Position numbers and translations under genes: made by a program
In this document: positions 55,289 through 64,000 of the stretch, piece by piece
Layout of the letters: each line of letters starts with the position of its first letter
Position numbering within the stretch: position 1 is the first letter of the stretch
Assembly: GCA_018383975.1 (NCBI GenBank)
Contig: JAHAZT010000041.1
Location: forward strand, 21,638 to 85,637
Reading direction: 5' to 3'
Length of the DNA: 64,000 nt
Source of the DNA: Eubacteriales bacterium
GTDB taxonomy: Bacteria > Bacillota > Clostridia > Oscillospirales > CAG-272
Notes under the pieces: model-generated
The model's database searches: none
Told to the model about the DNA's origin: nothing
Seen by the model: only the letters and a program-made list of their open reading frames with translations

Positions 55289-56722
55289 TTATTTTCTTGC
55301 GAGCTTTGCCGGCTCTGCCGGTATTTTTTCAAGTCGCCACGTCCAGTTGCCGTCGGAGGTACCGGGGGTATTCACTCTGCACCCGTCGCCGAGAGAGAGA
55401 ATGTCCCACATGGGTATGACGGCTGCCTCCGCGCGACTTTCCAGCACAGCTTTTATGAAGGTTTCCGGCGCCTTTATGCGCTTTTTTCCGAGATACTCCG
55501 CCACGCGCGCCTTCCCTTCCGCAGTTCTCGACGACCACCAGGAAAGCGTTGACGCATTGTCGTGCGTGCCGGTGTAATAGTATGTGTTTTTGCGCACGTT
55601 TTTCGGCAGATGCATATTTGTCCCGTCGTCATCGAAGGCAAACTGAATGACTCTCATTGAAGGATATCCCGTGCTTTTCAGCAGCTTTATCACCTTCTCC
55701 GAAACGATTCCGAGATCCTCCGCCACAACTCCGAGCGAGGGAACTTCCTTTTCCAGCGTTGAGAAAAGACTTTTTCCGGGTCCGTCGCGCCAGAAGCCGT
55801 TTTTTGCGTCCGGAGCGTCGGGGGCGACGCTGTAATAATTCGCAAAGCCGATGAAATGGTCAAGGCGGACGGAGTCAAACAGCTCCGCCGCCGCTCTTGC
55901 CCTGCGGACGAAGAAGTCATAGCCGTGATTTTTCATGTATTTCCAGTCGTAAAGCGGGTTGCCCCATTTCTGCCCGTCCTCCGAAAAATAGTCCGGCGGC
56001 ACTCCGGCAACAAAGCGCGGACGGCGGTCGCGGTCAAGCTGAAAACTCCTCGGATTTGCCCAGACGTCAGCCGAGTCCGGCGCAACGTATATCGGCATAT
56101 CGCCGAGAATGTCTATCCCGATTGAGTTTACATATTCCCGCAGTCTTTTCCATTGTGAAAAGAAAAGATACTGCTCGAAAGCATAATAATTTATCTCGTC
56201 GGAAAGCAGCGCCGCATATTTTTCCATCGCCGCTTTTTCTCTGCGGACAAGGCATTTCGGAAAGTCGAGATAACGCCTTCCGCCGAATTTATCTTTGAGC
56301 GCCATAAAAAACGCGTAATCTTTTATATCGGGGTGTTCAAAAAGAAATTTTTCCGTTTCGTTTTTCAGTCGCTTTCCCGAATATTCATACGCGGAGCGGA
56401 GCATTTTCCGCCTTGAAAAATAGATTTTCCCATAATCGATTTTTTCTTTTCCGTCGACCTTTTCCGGAAGGTCGTCTTTTTTCATAATGTCATCTTCGCA
56501 TAGCATTTCGGGGTCGATAAAATACGGATTTCCGGCAAACGAGGAAAAACTCTGATAAGGCGAGTTTCCATATCCCGTCGGGCCGACGGGAAGCACCTGC
56601 CAGATGTCCGCGCCCGATTTTTTTATATAATCCGCAAATTCACAGGCTCCCCTGCCGACCGTTCCGATGCCGTACGGCGAGGGGAGCGAAAATATCGGCA
56701 TAAGCACGCCGCTTCTTTTCAT
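55289..56722 (-). CDS. malQ: 4-alpha-glucanotransferase (GH77 amylomaltase)
   Basis: MKRSGVLMPIFSLPSPYGIGT..WQVLPVGPTGYGNSPYQSFS and DHFIGF motifs. A TTG at 56728 is an alternative start. Confidence 0.93.
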   Translation of the reverse strand: MKRSGVLMPIFSLPSPYGIGTVGRGACEFADYIKKSGADIWQVLPVGPTGYGNSPYQSFSSFAGNPYFIDPEMLCEDDIMKKDDLPEKVDGKEKIDYGKIYFSRRKMLRSAYEYSGKRLKNETEKFLFEHPDIKDYAFFMALKDKFGGRRYLDFPKCLVRREKAAMEKYAALLSDEINYYAFEQYLFFSQWKRLREYVNSIGIDILGDMPIYVAPDSADVWANPRSFQLDRDRRPRFVAGVPPDYFSEDGQKWGNPLYDWKYMKNHGYDFFVRRARAAAELFDSVRLDHFIGFANYYSVAPDAPDAKNGFWRDGPGKSLFSTLEKEVPSLGVVAEDLGIVSEKVIKLLKSTGYPSMRVIQFAFDDDGTNMHLPKNVRKNTYYYTGTHDNASTLSWWSSRTAEGKARVAEYLGKKRIKAPETFIKAVLESRAEAAVIPMWDILSLGDGCRVNTPGTSDGNWTWRLEKIPAEPAKLARK

Positions 56723-56811
56723 AAACAAAATTTTCCCTTCTCAAAGCCGAGATTTTTTCTATTATTCTATCATCATACGCACGATATGTCAATTTTTATT
56801 TTATACGAATA

Positions 56812-56840
56812 TTGACTTTCCCTCCTCTATATGATATATT
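56812..56840 (+). promoter_or_regulatory. sigma-A-type promoter of mntP
   Basis: TTGACT, 17 nt spacer, TATATT with TGa extended -10. Confidence 0.55.
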
Positions 56841-56874
56841 GCATAGATAGTGTTTTTGACCGGAGGATTTGATT

Positions 56875-57462
56875 TTGGGCATTGTTGACGTTCTCATAAT
56901 AGCCGTCGCTCTCTCGACGGACGCGTTTGCCGTCTCTGTATGCAAGGGGCTTTCGGTCAGAAAAATAAAGGCGGGACATCTGCTCGCCGTCGGATTTTAT
57001 TTCGGAATTTTTCAGGCGCTCATGCCCACAATAGGCTATTTTCTCGGCAAACAGTTTGAAAAATACATATCCGGGTTCGACCATTGGATAGCCTTCGGGC
57101 TTCTCCTTATAATCGGCGTGAATATGATACGCGAAGCACTCTCAAAGGACGCTCCCGAAGCCGAAAAAAACTCCTCGTTTTCCGTCGGAACGATGCTCGT
57201 TCTCGCTGTCGCAACGTCGATTGACGCTCTCGCCGTCGGTTTTTCGTTCGCGCTGAAAAGCATGGACAGAACAACGTTTTTTTATTCCGCGGTTTCAATC
57301 GGCGTGGTGACGTGCGTTCTCTCGATGCTCGGACTTCTCATCGGAAATTTTTTCGGCAAAAAGTACAAATCGAAAGCAGAGCTTGCGGGAGGAATAATTC
57401 TCATTCTCATCGGAATAAAAATCCTTCTCGAAGACCTCGGAGTGATAAGTCTTCCGTTTTGA
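56875..57462 (+). CDS. mntP: manganese efflux pump MntP
   Basis: IAVALSTDAFAVS and AVATSIDALAVGFS repeated motifs. TTG 56875 lies 7 nt after GGAGGA. Confidence 0.9.
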   Translation: MGIVDVLIIAVALSTDAFAVSVCKGLSVRKIKAGHLLAVGFYFGIFQALMPTIGYFLGKQFEKYISGFDHWIAFGLLLIIGVNMIREALSKDAPEAEKNSSFSVGTMLVLAVATSIDALAVGFSFALKSMDRTTFFYSAVSIGVVTCVLSMLGLLIGNFFGKKYKSKAELAGGIILILIGIKILLEDLGVISLPF

Positions 57463-57470
57463 CAGCACAT

Positions 57471-57500
57471 AAAAGCGCAGGCGACGCCTGCGTTTTATTT
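57471..57500 (+). terminator. intrinsic terminator of mntP
   Basis: aaaagcgcagg-cgacg-cctgcgttttatttttt. Confidence 0.75.
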
Positions 57501-57684
57501 TTTCATCGGATTTTGCCGGCGTGCCGCTACGCAAGGGTCGACAGGCGGCAAAAAAGCGGCAAAAACTGAATTTGCGCGCGCGCCGCGGGCAATAATTTTT
57601 CATAAAGCCTTCCCCGCCCGACCGTTTCGGCGGAAAAACCCGTCGGCGAAACAATTTTGTTACAATTAAAATTTCATTTTTCAC

Positions 57685-57713
57685 TTGACGAAAAATTGTA
57701 TATAGTATAAAAT
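57685..57713 (+). promoter_or_regulatory. sigma-A-type promoter of the first AI-2E transporter gene
   Basis: TTGACG, 17 nt spacer, TAAAAT. Confidence 0.5.
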
Positions 57714-57758
57714 TAGAAAGGCACGTCGTTTTGCCGAAAAAAAGGAAAGGAGAAAAAC

Positions 57759-59108
57759 ATGGACGAAAACAAAAACCTTCCGGAGCTTCCTCCCGAAGAA
57801 AACGAAAAAAAGCGCAGAATAAACTGGAACAAAAATTATACAACCATCGCCGTTTACGCGCTGTTTGTGATTCTTTTTGCCGTTGTCTGCGTGTTCTTCT
57901 TCCTCAATAATCACGATTTCGGCAAGTATGCGAGCGGATTCCTTTCCGTCTTCAATCCCATAATATACGGAATGATTTTCGCATACATTCTCAACAAGCT
58001 GATGAAGAAGGTTGAGATTTATGTTTTCGGCTTTCTCGAAAGGCCCGGAAAACGCCGTCTGCAAAGGACGCTTTCCGTATTTCTGACGGTTATCGCCGTC
58101 GTGCTTATCATCTGTCTTTTTCTCTGGCTTCTCGTGCCGCAGGTTGTTGCCGGATACGCCGACCTTGAAGGAAAGCTGACCTTCTATATCGGCAACGTTC
58201 AGAAATGGCTCGAAACACTTGACGATAACGCCGGCGCCTTCGCGGATTACATCGCTTCGGCGGTCAAATATATAAACAGCCTCATAGACAGGGTTTACGA
58301 AATCATTAAGAACATAACCCCGAAAATTGCGGGCATGGCAAAGAATTTCGTCGTGACCCTCAAGGATATACTCCTCGGCTTCGTATTTGCGATTTATTTC
58401 CTGTTTGCAAAGGAGCGGCTTTCCGCCCAGACAAACAAAGCAATGCATGCGCTCCTGACGGACAAAGCCTATGACGGCACGAAAAAGGTCGTCTCTCTCG
58501 TGGATGATAAGTTCGGCAATTTCATAACGGGAAAAATTCTGGACGCAATCCTCGTCGGGCTGATATGCTTCCTCGGTTGCTGGATAATCGGCGTTCCGTA
58601 TTATCCTCTTATCAGCGTTATAATCGGCGTTTGCAGCATTGTTCCCGTGTTCGGACCGATTGTCGGAATTGCGCTTTCGTCATTCATCGTCTTCATAACC
58701 TCGACGGACGCTTCCCTCACATTCTGGTATCTGCTGTTCGTCATAATGCTCCAGATACTTGACGCGCGTCTGATAACGAGCAAGCTCGTGGGCGAAAAGC
58801 TCGGCTTGCCGGCAATGTGGATATTCGCTTCGCTCATAGTGATGGCGGGCTTCTTCGGTCTGCCCGGAATGATAATCGCCGTGCCGACGTTCGACGTCAT
58901 ACGCGAGCTTATCAAGGAGAAGACGGAAGACCGCCTTGAAAAGAAGTCCGAGCCGACAAGCACGGAGGATTACTATTCCTCCGAGGACGGCATCGCGATT
59001 CTCAGAGAACAGCGCAGCGCTGCGGAAAAGGGTCGCGAGAGGGACAGAAAATTCATTGAGAAAATCAAAAGCCTTTTCAAAAAGAAGGACAACGAAAAGC
59101 AGTCCTGA
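57759..59108 (+). CDS. AI-2E family transporter (UPF0118/PerM-like), paralog 1
   Basis: About 8 TMs with PLISVIIGVCSIVPVFGP and GLPGMIIAVP conserved segments. Hydrophilic C-terminal tail. Confidence 0.85.
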   Translation: MDENKNLPELPPEENEKKRRINWNKNYTTIAVYALFVILFAVVCVFFFLNNHDFGKYASGFLSVFNPIIYGMIFAYILNKLMKKVEIYVFGFLERPGKRRLQRTLSVFLTVIAVVLIICLFLWLLVPQVVAGYADLEGKLTFYIGNVQKWLETLDDNAGAFADYIASAVKYINSLIDRVYEIIKNITPKIAGMAKNFVVTLKDILLGFVFAIYFLFAKERLSAQTNKAMHALLTDKAYDGTKKVVSLVDDKFGNFITGKILDAILVGLICFLGCWIIGVPYYPLISVIIGVCSIVPVFGPIVGIALSSFIVFITSTDASLTFWYLLFVIMLQILDARLITSKLVGEKLGLPAMWIFASLIVMAGFFGLPGMIIAVPTFDVIRELIKEKTEDRLEKKSEPTSTEDYYSSEDGIAILREQRSAAEKGRERDRKFIEKIKSLFKKKDNEKQS

Positions 59109-59269
59109 AAGAAGCAAAGGCGATTGAGTTTCGACCGTCCCGGTGTCGTTAAACCCAAGGGTGCGAAAGGCAACGTCTAAAAAAGCCGAATAGGTAATAC
59201 GCGATAATGGGTTGACGTATCCCACTATCGCTGCAAAACAAAATATCACGGCGGATTTCCCGCCGTTAT

Positions 59270-59346
59270 GCACCCGTAGCTCAGCAGGATAGAGCAACCG
59301 CCTCCTAAGCGGTAGGTCAGCGGTTCGAATCCGCTCGGGTGCGCCA
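59270..59346 (+). tRNA. tRNA-Arg (anticodon CCU), CCA encoded
   Basis: Manual cloverleaf: acceptor gcacccg/cgggtgc, D arm gctc-agcaggat-gagc, anticodon stem accgc/gcggt with loop ctCCTaa, and T arm agcgg-ttcgaat-ccgct, followed by gcca. Confidence 0.9.
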
Positions 59347-59376
59347 CTTTATTTCAAAGCAAGCCGGGTAAAAGCA

Positions 59377-59853
59377 ATGTCAAACATCATCATAAGGCGC
59401 GCCGCAAAGTGCGATATGAAAAGGATAGACGAGCTTCTCTTTCAGGTTCACAAAGTCCACAGCGACGCCCGCCCCGACATTTTCAGAAAAGGCGCAAAAA
59501 AATATACGGACGAGGAGCTCGAAAAAATCATCGCGGATGACAAAACACCCGTTTTCGTTGCGGAGAAGGACGGCAAAGTCGAAGGCTACGCCTTCTGTAT
59601 CCACAAGCAGTTCCCCAAGGAAAGCAACATGACGGACATAAAGACTCTTTATATAGATGATCTTTGCGTCGACGAAAACTGTCGTGGGCACCACATCGGC
59701 ACCCTGCTGTATGAGTACGTCCTCGCTTATGCAAAGGAGCACGGATATTACAACGTCACCCTCAACGTCTGGGCGGACAATGTAAATGCCGTAAAATTCT
59801 ATGAAAAAATCGGTCTGAGAGTGCAGAAAATAGGTATGGAGAAAATACTCTGA
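59377..59853 (+). CDS. GNAT family N-acetyltransferase
   Basis: LYIDDLCVDENCRGHHIGTLL (acetyl-CoA-binding Q/RxxGxG/A-like) and NVNAVKFYEKIG. Confidence 0.85.
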   Translation: MSNIIIRRAAKCDMKRIDELLFQVHKVHSDARPDIFRKGAKKYTDEELEKIIADDKTPVFVAEKDGKVEGYAFCIHKQFPKESNMTDIKTLYIDDLCVDENCRGHHIGTLLYEYVLAYAKEHGYYNVTLNVWADNVNAVKFYEKIGLRVQKIGMEKIL

Positions 59854-59919
59854 GCCGAATATAAAATCAACATCTCGGTTTGAGCAGCACGGAACACGAA
59901 CAAGACGAGGTGAATCACA

Positions 59920-60612
59920 ATGGAAAATCTTAATTTCTGTATATTCGGCGACTCCGTCGGAAAAGGGGTCGTTCTTTCGGATACGGGACGTTATGCAAGC
60001 GGCTCGCCCGATATAAATTCTCTCACCGGCAGAGACGATATAACCCTAAAAAACTATTCGCGCTTCGGCTTCGTGACGGAAAAAACCCTTTGGCTCATAG
60101 AAAAATGCGGGGACGAGATTGCGTCAAGTGACGCCGTGTTCATAGAGGTCGGCGGAAACGACTGCGATTTTGACTGGCAAAGCATATCGGAAACTCCGGA
60201 TGAAGAACACCTCTGCAAAACCCCGCCTGCTCTCTTTGAAAAGATTTATACGGAGCTTCTCAAAAAGGCGAAGGCTTTCGGGAAAAAGGTGTTCGCGCTG
60301 AATCTTCCGCCAATCGTCGCCGCAAGATATTTCAAAAACATATCGCAGAGAGCCGGCGTGTGCGCGGAAAACGTGTTGAAATGGCTCGGCAGCGTCGAAA
60401 CAATATATCGCTATCAGGAAATGTACAGCATAATGGTTGAAAAAATCGCCCGTGCGGTTGACGTTGCGCTCATAGACATACGCTCCGCGTTTCTTTCCGA
60501 CCATCACTACGAAAACTTTATCTGCGAGGACGGTATTCATCCGAACTCAAAGGGATACGAGCTTATATATAAATCCGTAATAGAGCAATACCGCGCGATA
60601 GAGCAGGAATAA
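59920..60612 (+). CDS. SGNH/GDSL hydrolase family protein
   Basis: FGDSVGKG block I, EVGGND block II/III, and DGIHPNSKGY block V. Confidence 0.85.
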   Translation: MENLNFCIFGDSVGKGVVLSDTGRYASGSPDINSLTGRDDITLKNYSRFGFVTEKTLWLIEKCGDEIASSDAVFIEVGGNDCDFDWQSISETPDEEHLCKTPPALFEKIYTELLKKAKAFGKKVFALNLPPIVAARYFKNISQRAGVCAENVLKWLGSVETIYRYQEMYSIMVEKIARAVDVALIDIRSAFLSDHHYENFICEDGIHPNSKGYELIYKSVIEQYRAIEQE

Positions 60613-60637
60613 AAAATCAAAAGAAAGGAGAAAGCAG

Positions 60638-61987
60638 ATGAAGCTGTCATGGAATAGAAAATACACAACAATCGCCGTTTACGTTGCGCTTGTGCTCCTT
60701 GCCGCTTCGTTCATCGTTTTCTTCTTCCTCAACAACAACGATTTCGGCAGATACGTTAAAAAATTATTTTCCGCCGTTTCCCCGCTTCTGTACGGAGTTA
60801 TAATCGCGTATCTCCTCAATCCCATTGTTGTTCTTTTTGATAAAAAGGTCTTTGTCTTTCTTGACAAAAAAACGGGAAAGCGTCGTCTGCGCCGCGGACT
60901 TTCCGTCGCCGCAACTATGATGATTTTCCTCCTTTTCATCTCGCTTATAATCTCCGCCCTTGCCCCGCAGTTGATTGCAAGCATTTCGGAGCTTCAAAGC
61001 AAATTCGGCGGATATGTCGCGACGGCAAAAAAATGGCTTGCCCAGGTTGGCACTTCGTCTCCGTTCCTCGGAGATATCGTCTCTGCGCTGAACAGCTATA
61101 TTGATAAATTCCTTGATAAAACCGAGGAAATAGTCACGGTTGTCATGCCGTGGCTCGGTTCATTTGCAACCTCGCTTCTCAACGCCCTCAAAAACGCGCT
61201 CATAGGCATCGTTTTTGCGATTTTCATTCTTTGCGGCAAGGAACGCATCGGCGCTGTGACAAACAAACTTCTTCGCGCTTACCTCTCCGACAACAGACGA
61301 ACCGGACTCATTTCCGCCGTCAAAAAAGCGGATAAGAGCTTCGGCGGATATATCAAGGGTACGATTCTCGACGCTATTTTCGTCGGAATTGTGAACTTCA
61401 TCTTCCTCGGTCTGATAGGCGCTCCGTTCTATCCGCTTATCTCGGTCGTTCTCGGAATAACAAACATGGTACCGATTTTCGGTCCGTGGATGGGAAGCAT
61501 CCCGTGCGCACTTATTCTCCTCATCGCGTCGCCGTCAAAGGTTATCCCGTTTATCCTGTTCACGATTGTATTCCAGGGCATAGACGGAAACGTCATTGCT
61601 CCGAAGCTTATAGGCTCGAACACGGGCATGCCTTCGGAATGGGTCGTTATCGCAATTACGGTCATGTCCGGATTTTTCGGCGCGGCGGGAATGATTATCG
61701 GCGTTCCGACGTTTGCCGTTGCATACACGCTCATAGGCGATAAAATAAACGCAAAGCTGGCAAAGAAGGGGTATTCGTCCGACGATGTCGATTATTGCGA
61801 AGGCAGAGCGAAGGAAATCATGCTTGAAGCCGCGGAGGAGGAAGCCCGGCCAAAGGAGAAAAAGCTGCTCGGCTTCATCAGAAAGCGCAGAAAGAAGCCC
61901 GATACAAAAGACAACGCCGTCACAGACGGAAGCGAAAACATTCCGAATACCGGAGCCGAAAATCCGCCCACGGATGACAAGCAATAA
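60638..61987 (+). CDS. AI-2E family transporter, paralog 2
   Basis: Collinear with 57759-59108 (NRKYTTIAVY.., PLISVVLGITNMVPIFGP, GAAGMIIGVPTF). Same length in the ORF track (449 aa). Confidence 0.85.
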   Translation: MKLSWNRKYTTIAVYVALVLLAASFIVFFFLNNNDFGRYVKKLFSAVSPLLYGVIIAYLLNPIVVLFDKKVFVFLDKKTGKRRLRRGLSVAATMMIFLLFISLIISALAPQLIASISELQSKFGGYVATAKKWLAQVGTSSPFLGDIVSALNSYIDKFLDKTEEIVTVVMPWLGSFATSLLNALKNALIGIVFAIFILCGKERIGAVTNKLLRAYLSDNRRTGLISAVKKADKSFGGYIKGTILDAIFVGIVNFIFLGLIGAPFYPLISVVLGITNMVPIFGPWMGSIPCALILLIASPSKVIPFILFTIVFQGIDGNVIAPKLIGSNTGMPSEWVVIAITVMSGFFGAAGMIIGVPTFAVAYTLIGDKINAKLAKKGYSSDDVDYCEGRAKEIMLEAAEEEARPKEKKLLGFIRKRRKKPDTKDNAVTDGSENIPNTGAENPPTDDKQ

Positions 61988-61999
61988 AAAATCATCAAA

Positions 62000-62033
62000 G
62001 CGACAGAGAATCTTCTCTGCCGCTTTTTATTTT
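62000..62033 (+). terminator. intrinsic terminator
   Basis: gcgacagaga-atct-tctctgccgc (one mismatch) followed by tttttattttt. Confidence 0.65.
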
Positions 62034-62202
62034 TCCCGCGCAACCGTCCGCTCACCGCTCCCGCGATTTTCTCATATAATAATTATTGATTTGTCGGAAT
62101 TTACGTATTTTTTCGTGATGCGAGAAAATCCGCCGCGAAATCCGACAGATAATATATATAAGGCGCGTATGCGTCGCACGGTTAAAGGAAAAGAGGCAGA
62201 AT

Positions 62203-62856
62203 ATGATGAATATATCCACGCGGTCTCTGTTTGACAGTCCGCACCCGCTCATTTCGGAATATGAATTTCCCTGGGAGGCGACGGAAAAACTCTCTGAAAA
62301 TATAATCGCCCTCGGTCGTACCCTCGGCAACGACTATTATTCTCCAAAGGAAAACATATGGATACACCGCACGGCGAAAATTTCGGAAAGCGCGGAAATA
62401 GTCGCGCCATGCATTATAGAAAGCGGCGCGGAAATACGTCACTGCGCATATATAAGAGGCTCCGTTTACGTCGGCGCAAACGCCGTTATCGGCAATTCTT
62501 CGGAGGTGAAAAACAGCATCCTTTCGGAGCGCGCGTGCCTTCCCCATTTCAATTATGCCGGTGACAGCGTAATCGGCAGAGGGGCGCATCTCGGCGCAGG
62601 TGCCGTAATTTCAAATCTGCGGCTTGACAAAGCAAGCGTGACCGTATCGGACGGCAATGAAAAAATCGCGACGGGCATGCGCAAATTCGGGGCAGCCGTC
62701 GGCGACGGAACGGAGGTCGGGTGCGGTGCCGTGATATGTCCCGGGAGCATTATCGGCAAGGGCTGTATAATTTATCCGCTCGCGCTCGTGCGCGGCTGTG
62801 TCGACGAAAACAGCGTATACAAATCCGTCGACTGCGTAAATGAAAGGAGACTGTGA
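62203..62856 (+). CDS. stand-alone left-handed beta-helix (hexapeptide-repeat) protein resembling the GlmU acetyltransferase domain
   Basis: Imperfect hexapeptide repeats (IRGSVYVGANAVIGNSSEVKNS, GDSVIGRGAHLGAGAVISN, GAAVGDGTEVGCGAVICPGSIIG). The stop lies 1 nt before the glmM ATG. Confidence 0.65.
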   Translation: MMNISTRSLFDSPHPLISEYEFPWEATEKLSENIIALGRTLGNDYYSPKENIWIHRTAKISESAEIVAPCIIESGAEIRHCAYIRGSVYVGANAVIGNSSEVKNSILSERACLPHFNYAGDSVIGRGAHLGAGAVISNLRLDKASVTVSDGNEKIATGMRKFGAAVGDGTEVGCGAVICPGSIIGKGCIIYPLALVRGCVDENSVYKSVDCVNERRL

Positions 62857-62857
62857 T

Positions 62858-64000
62858 ATGGCACGACTGTTCGGAACGGACGGAATACGCGGAATTGCGG
62901 GAAAGGAGCTGACGCGCTCCCTTGCCGCCGGCATAGGCGAAAAGCTGACGCTTATTCTTTCGCGGTCGGGAGAAAAGCCGAAAATTCTTCTCGCACGTGA
63001 CACAAGACCTTCGGGGCAGATGCTCTGCCTTGCGATTGCCTCCGGCATATGCTCTGCGGGCGGAGACGTTCTCTTTGCGGACATTCTCCCGACGCCCGCC
63101 GTCGCTTTTCTGACGGTGCATCTCGGAGCGTCTGCCGGAATAATGGTAACGGCTTCTCATAATCCTTCGGAATACAACGGTATAAAAATTTTCGGAGGCG
63201 ACGGTCACAAACTGTGTGACGAGCTTGAAGACAAAATAGAGGCTATGCTCTCCCGTCCGTCGCAGAATATGCCGCTTTGCGATACGGGCGAGATAACAAT
63301 TCTCGATGGCGCAGGCGAATATATAAGTCATCTTGTTTCGGCTACCCCCTCCGACCTTTCGGGACTTCATATCGCAGTTGACTGCGCATGCGGCTCTGCC
63401 TGCGTAACGGCGGAGAAAATATTTTCGTCGCTCGGGGCGCGGTGCGATATGCTTTTCGATAAGCCGGACGGCGCAAATATAAATTCGGGCTGCGGATCGA
63501 CGGATGTATCGTGCCTTTCGGAATACGTCAGAAAAAACGATCTCTGCGGCGGCGCGGCGTTTGACGGCGACGCCGACAGGTGCATCTGCGTCGACGAGAC
63601 GGGTAACCCCATCGACGGAGACTCAATGCTCGCGGCACTTGCGCTTGATATGAAGCAAAGCGGCAAGCTGCACGGAGGAATTGTCGGCACGGTGATGAGC
63701 AACTGCGGACTTATACGCTTCTGCGATGAAAACGGCATAAGATTTTTGCAGACAAAAGTCGGCGACAGATATGTTTCGGAGGAAATGCGTTTATGGGGCT
63801 TCAATCTCGGAGGCGAACAATCGGGACATATGATATTCGGCGATATAATGCCGACGGGTGACGGTCAGCTGACGGCGATAATGCTGTTTTCGCTTGTCCG
63901 AAGAACGGGAAAGACGCTTTCGGAGCTTGCTTCGGTTATAAAGAAAATGCCGCAGCTTTCCAGAAACATTCCCGCAACGGCGGAGCAGAAAATTGCGTTT
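62858..64000 (+). CDS. glmM: phosphoglucosamine mutase, 3' end outside window
   Basis: MARLFGTDGIRG N-terminus, TASHNPSEYNGIKIF phosphoserine loop, and DGDADR Mg site. The frame stays open to base 64000 (not in the ORF track because it has no stop). Confidence 0.93.
   Translation, partial: MARLFGTDGIRGIAGKELTRSLAAGIGEKLTLILSRSGEKPKILLARDTRPSGQMLCLAIASGICSAGGDVLFADILPTPAVAFLTVHLGASAGIMVTASHNPSEYNGIKIFGGDGHKLCDELEDKIEAMLSRPSQNMPLCDTGEITILDGAGEYISHLVSATPSDLSGLHIAVDCACGSACVTAEKIFSSLGARCDMLFDKPDGANINSGCGSTDVSCLSEYVRKNDLCGGAAFDGDADRCICVDETGNPIDGDSMLAALALDMKQSGKLHGGIVGTVMSNCGLIRFCDENGIRFLQTKVGDRYVSEEMRLWGFNLGGEQSGHMIFGDIMPTGDGQLTAIMLFSLVRRTGKTLSELASVIKKMPQLSRNIPATAEQKIAF

Noticed and set aside
55284-55291. 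Convergent DUF4363 and malQ stop codons separated by 2 nt with no terminator
   Set aside because: This is real but probably just tight packing. The transcripts presumably end inside the opposing gene, and there is nothing further to test from sequence alone.
56729-56874. Expected yybP-ykoY manganese riboswitch upstream of mntP
   Set aside because: The region contains a good promoter only about 30 nt from the RBS. It shows none of the conserved riboswitch segments I know (for example GGGGAGUAG), and it is too short to hold the four-helix element.
57501-57684. GC-rich segment (gcgcgcgcgccgcggg etc.) in the 296-bp mntP/AI-2E intergenic region as a possible riboswitch or sRNA
   Set aside because: It lies upstream of the best promoter for the AI-2E gene. 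I found no convincing conserved structure or match to a known RNA family, and the overlapping ORF 57295-57843 (minus) is junk-like.
59109-59920. tRNA-Arg as an integration site of a mobile element
   Set aside because: No integrase, recombinase or phage genes are nearby, I could not see a duplicated tRNA 3' end, and the flanking genes are ordinary small enzymes.

Overview
The window looks like chromosomal DNA from a Gram-positive, spore-forming Clostridia-type organism. Evidence for this is GerA-type germinant receptor genes, YetF/DUF421 with DUF4363, the yybS-gdpP pair, hprK and ireB. Coding density is high. All homology calls below come from motif recognition by eye, since no searches could be run.

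Most genes are housekeeping or cell-envelope functions:
- Housekeeping: pfk, galE, wecB, rlmA, dut, truB-nrnA-rbfA, hprK-yybS-gdpP, malQ, mntP, glmM and one tRNA-Arg(CCU).
- Glycoside hydrolases: GH2, GH20, GH77 and a GH78-like enzyme.
- I found no rRNA, CRISPR array, transposase, integrase or prophage genes.

Regions most worth a second look:
1. A strongly promoted, translationally coupled pair at 39.0-42.0 kb. It encodes a TerB_N/TerB_C protein and a DUF2791 (BrxD-like) P-loop ATPase. This resembles the Shango defence triad but lacks the helicase, and it runs without a terminator into a GH2 beta-galactosidase.
2. A three-gene operon at 24.7-29.0 kb. It contains a YidC/Oxa1 insertase fused to a TagF-type CDP-glycerol glycerophosphotransferase, an LtaS-like enzyme and a tiny membrane protein.
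3. Two ECF sigma/anti-sigma pairs that head envelope operons. One drives a serpin lipoprotein. The other drives a Thr-rich lipoprotein, an MBOAT and a DHHW protein.
4. A dispersed family of short intergenic repeats. These include a pyrimidine-rich tract plus intrinsic terminator at three convergent gene junctions, and a mosaic repeat region at 5.1-5.5 kb that shares modules with 31.15-31.38 kb. None of these is explained by the ORFs.
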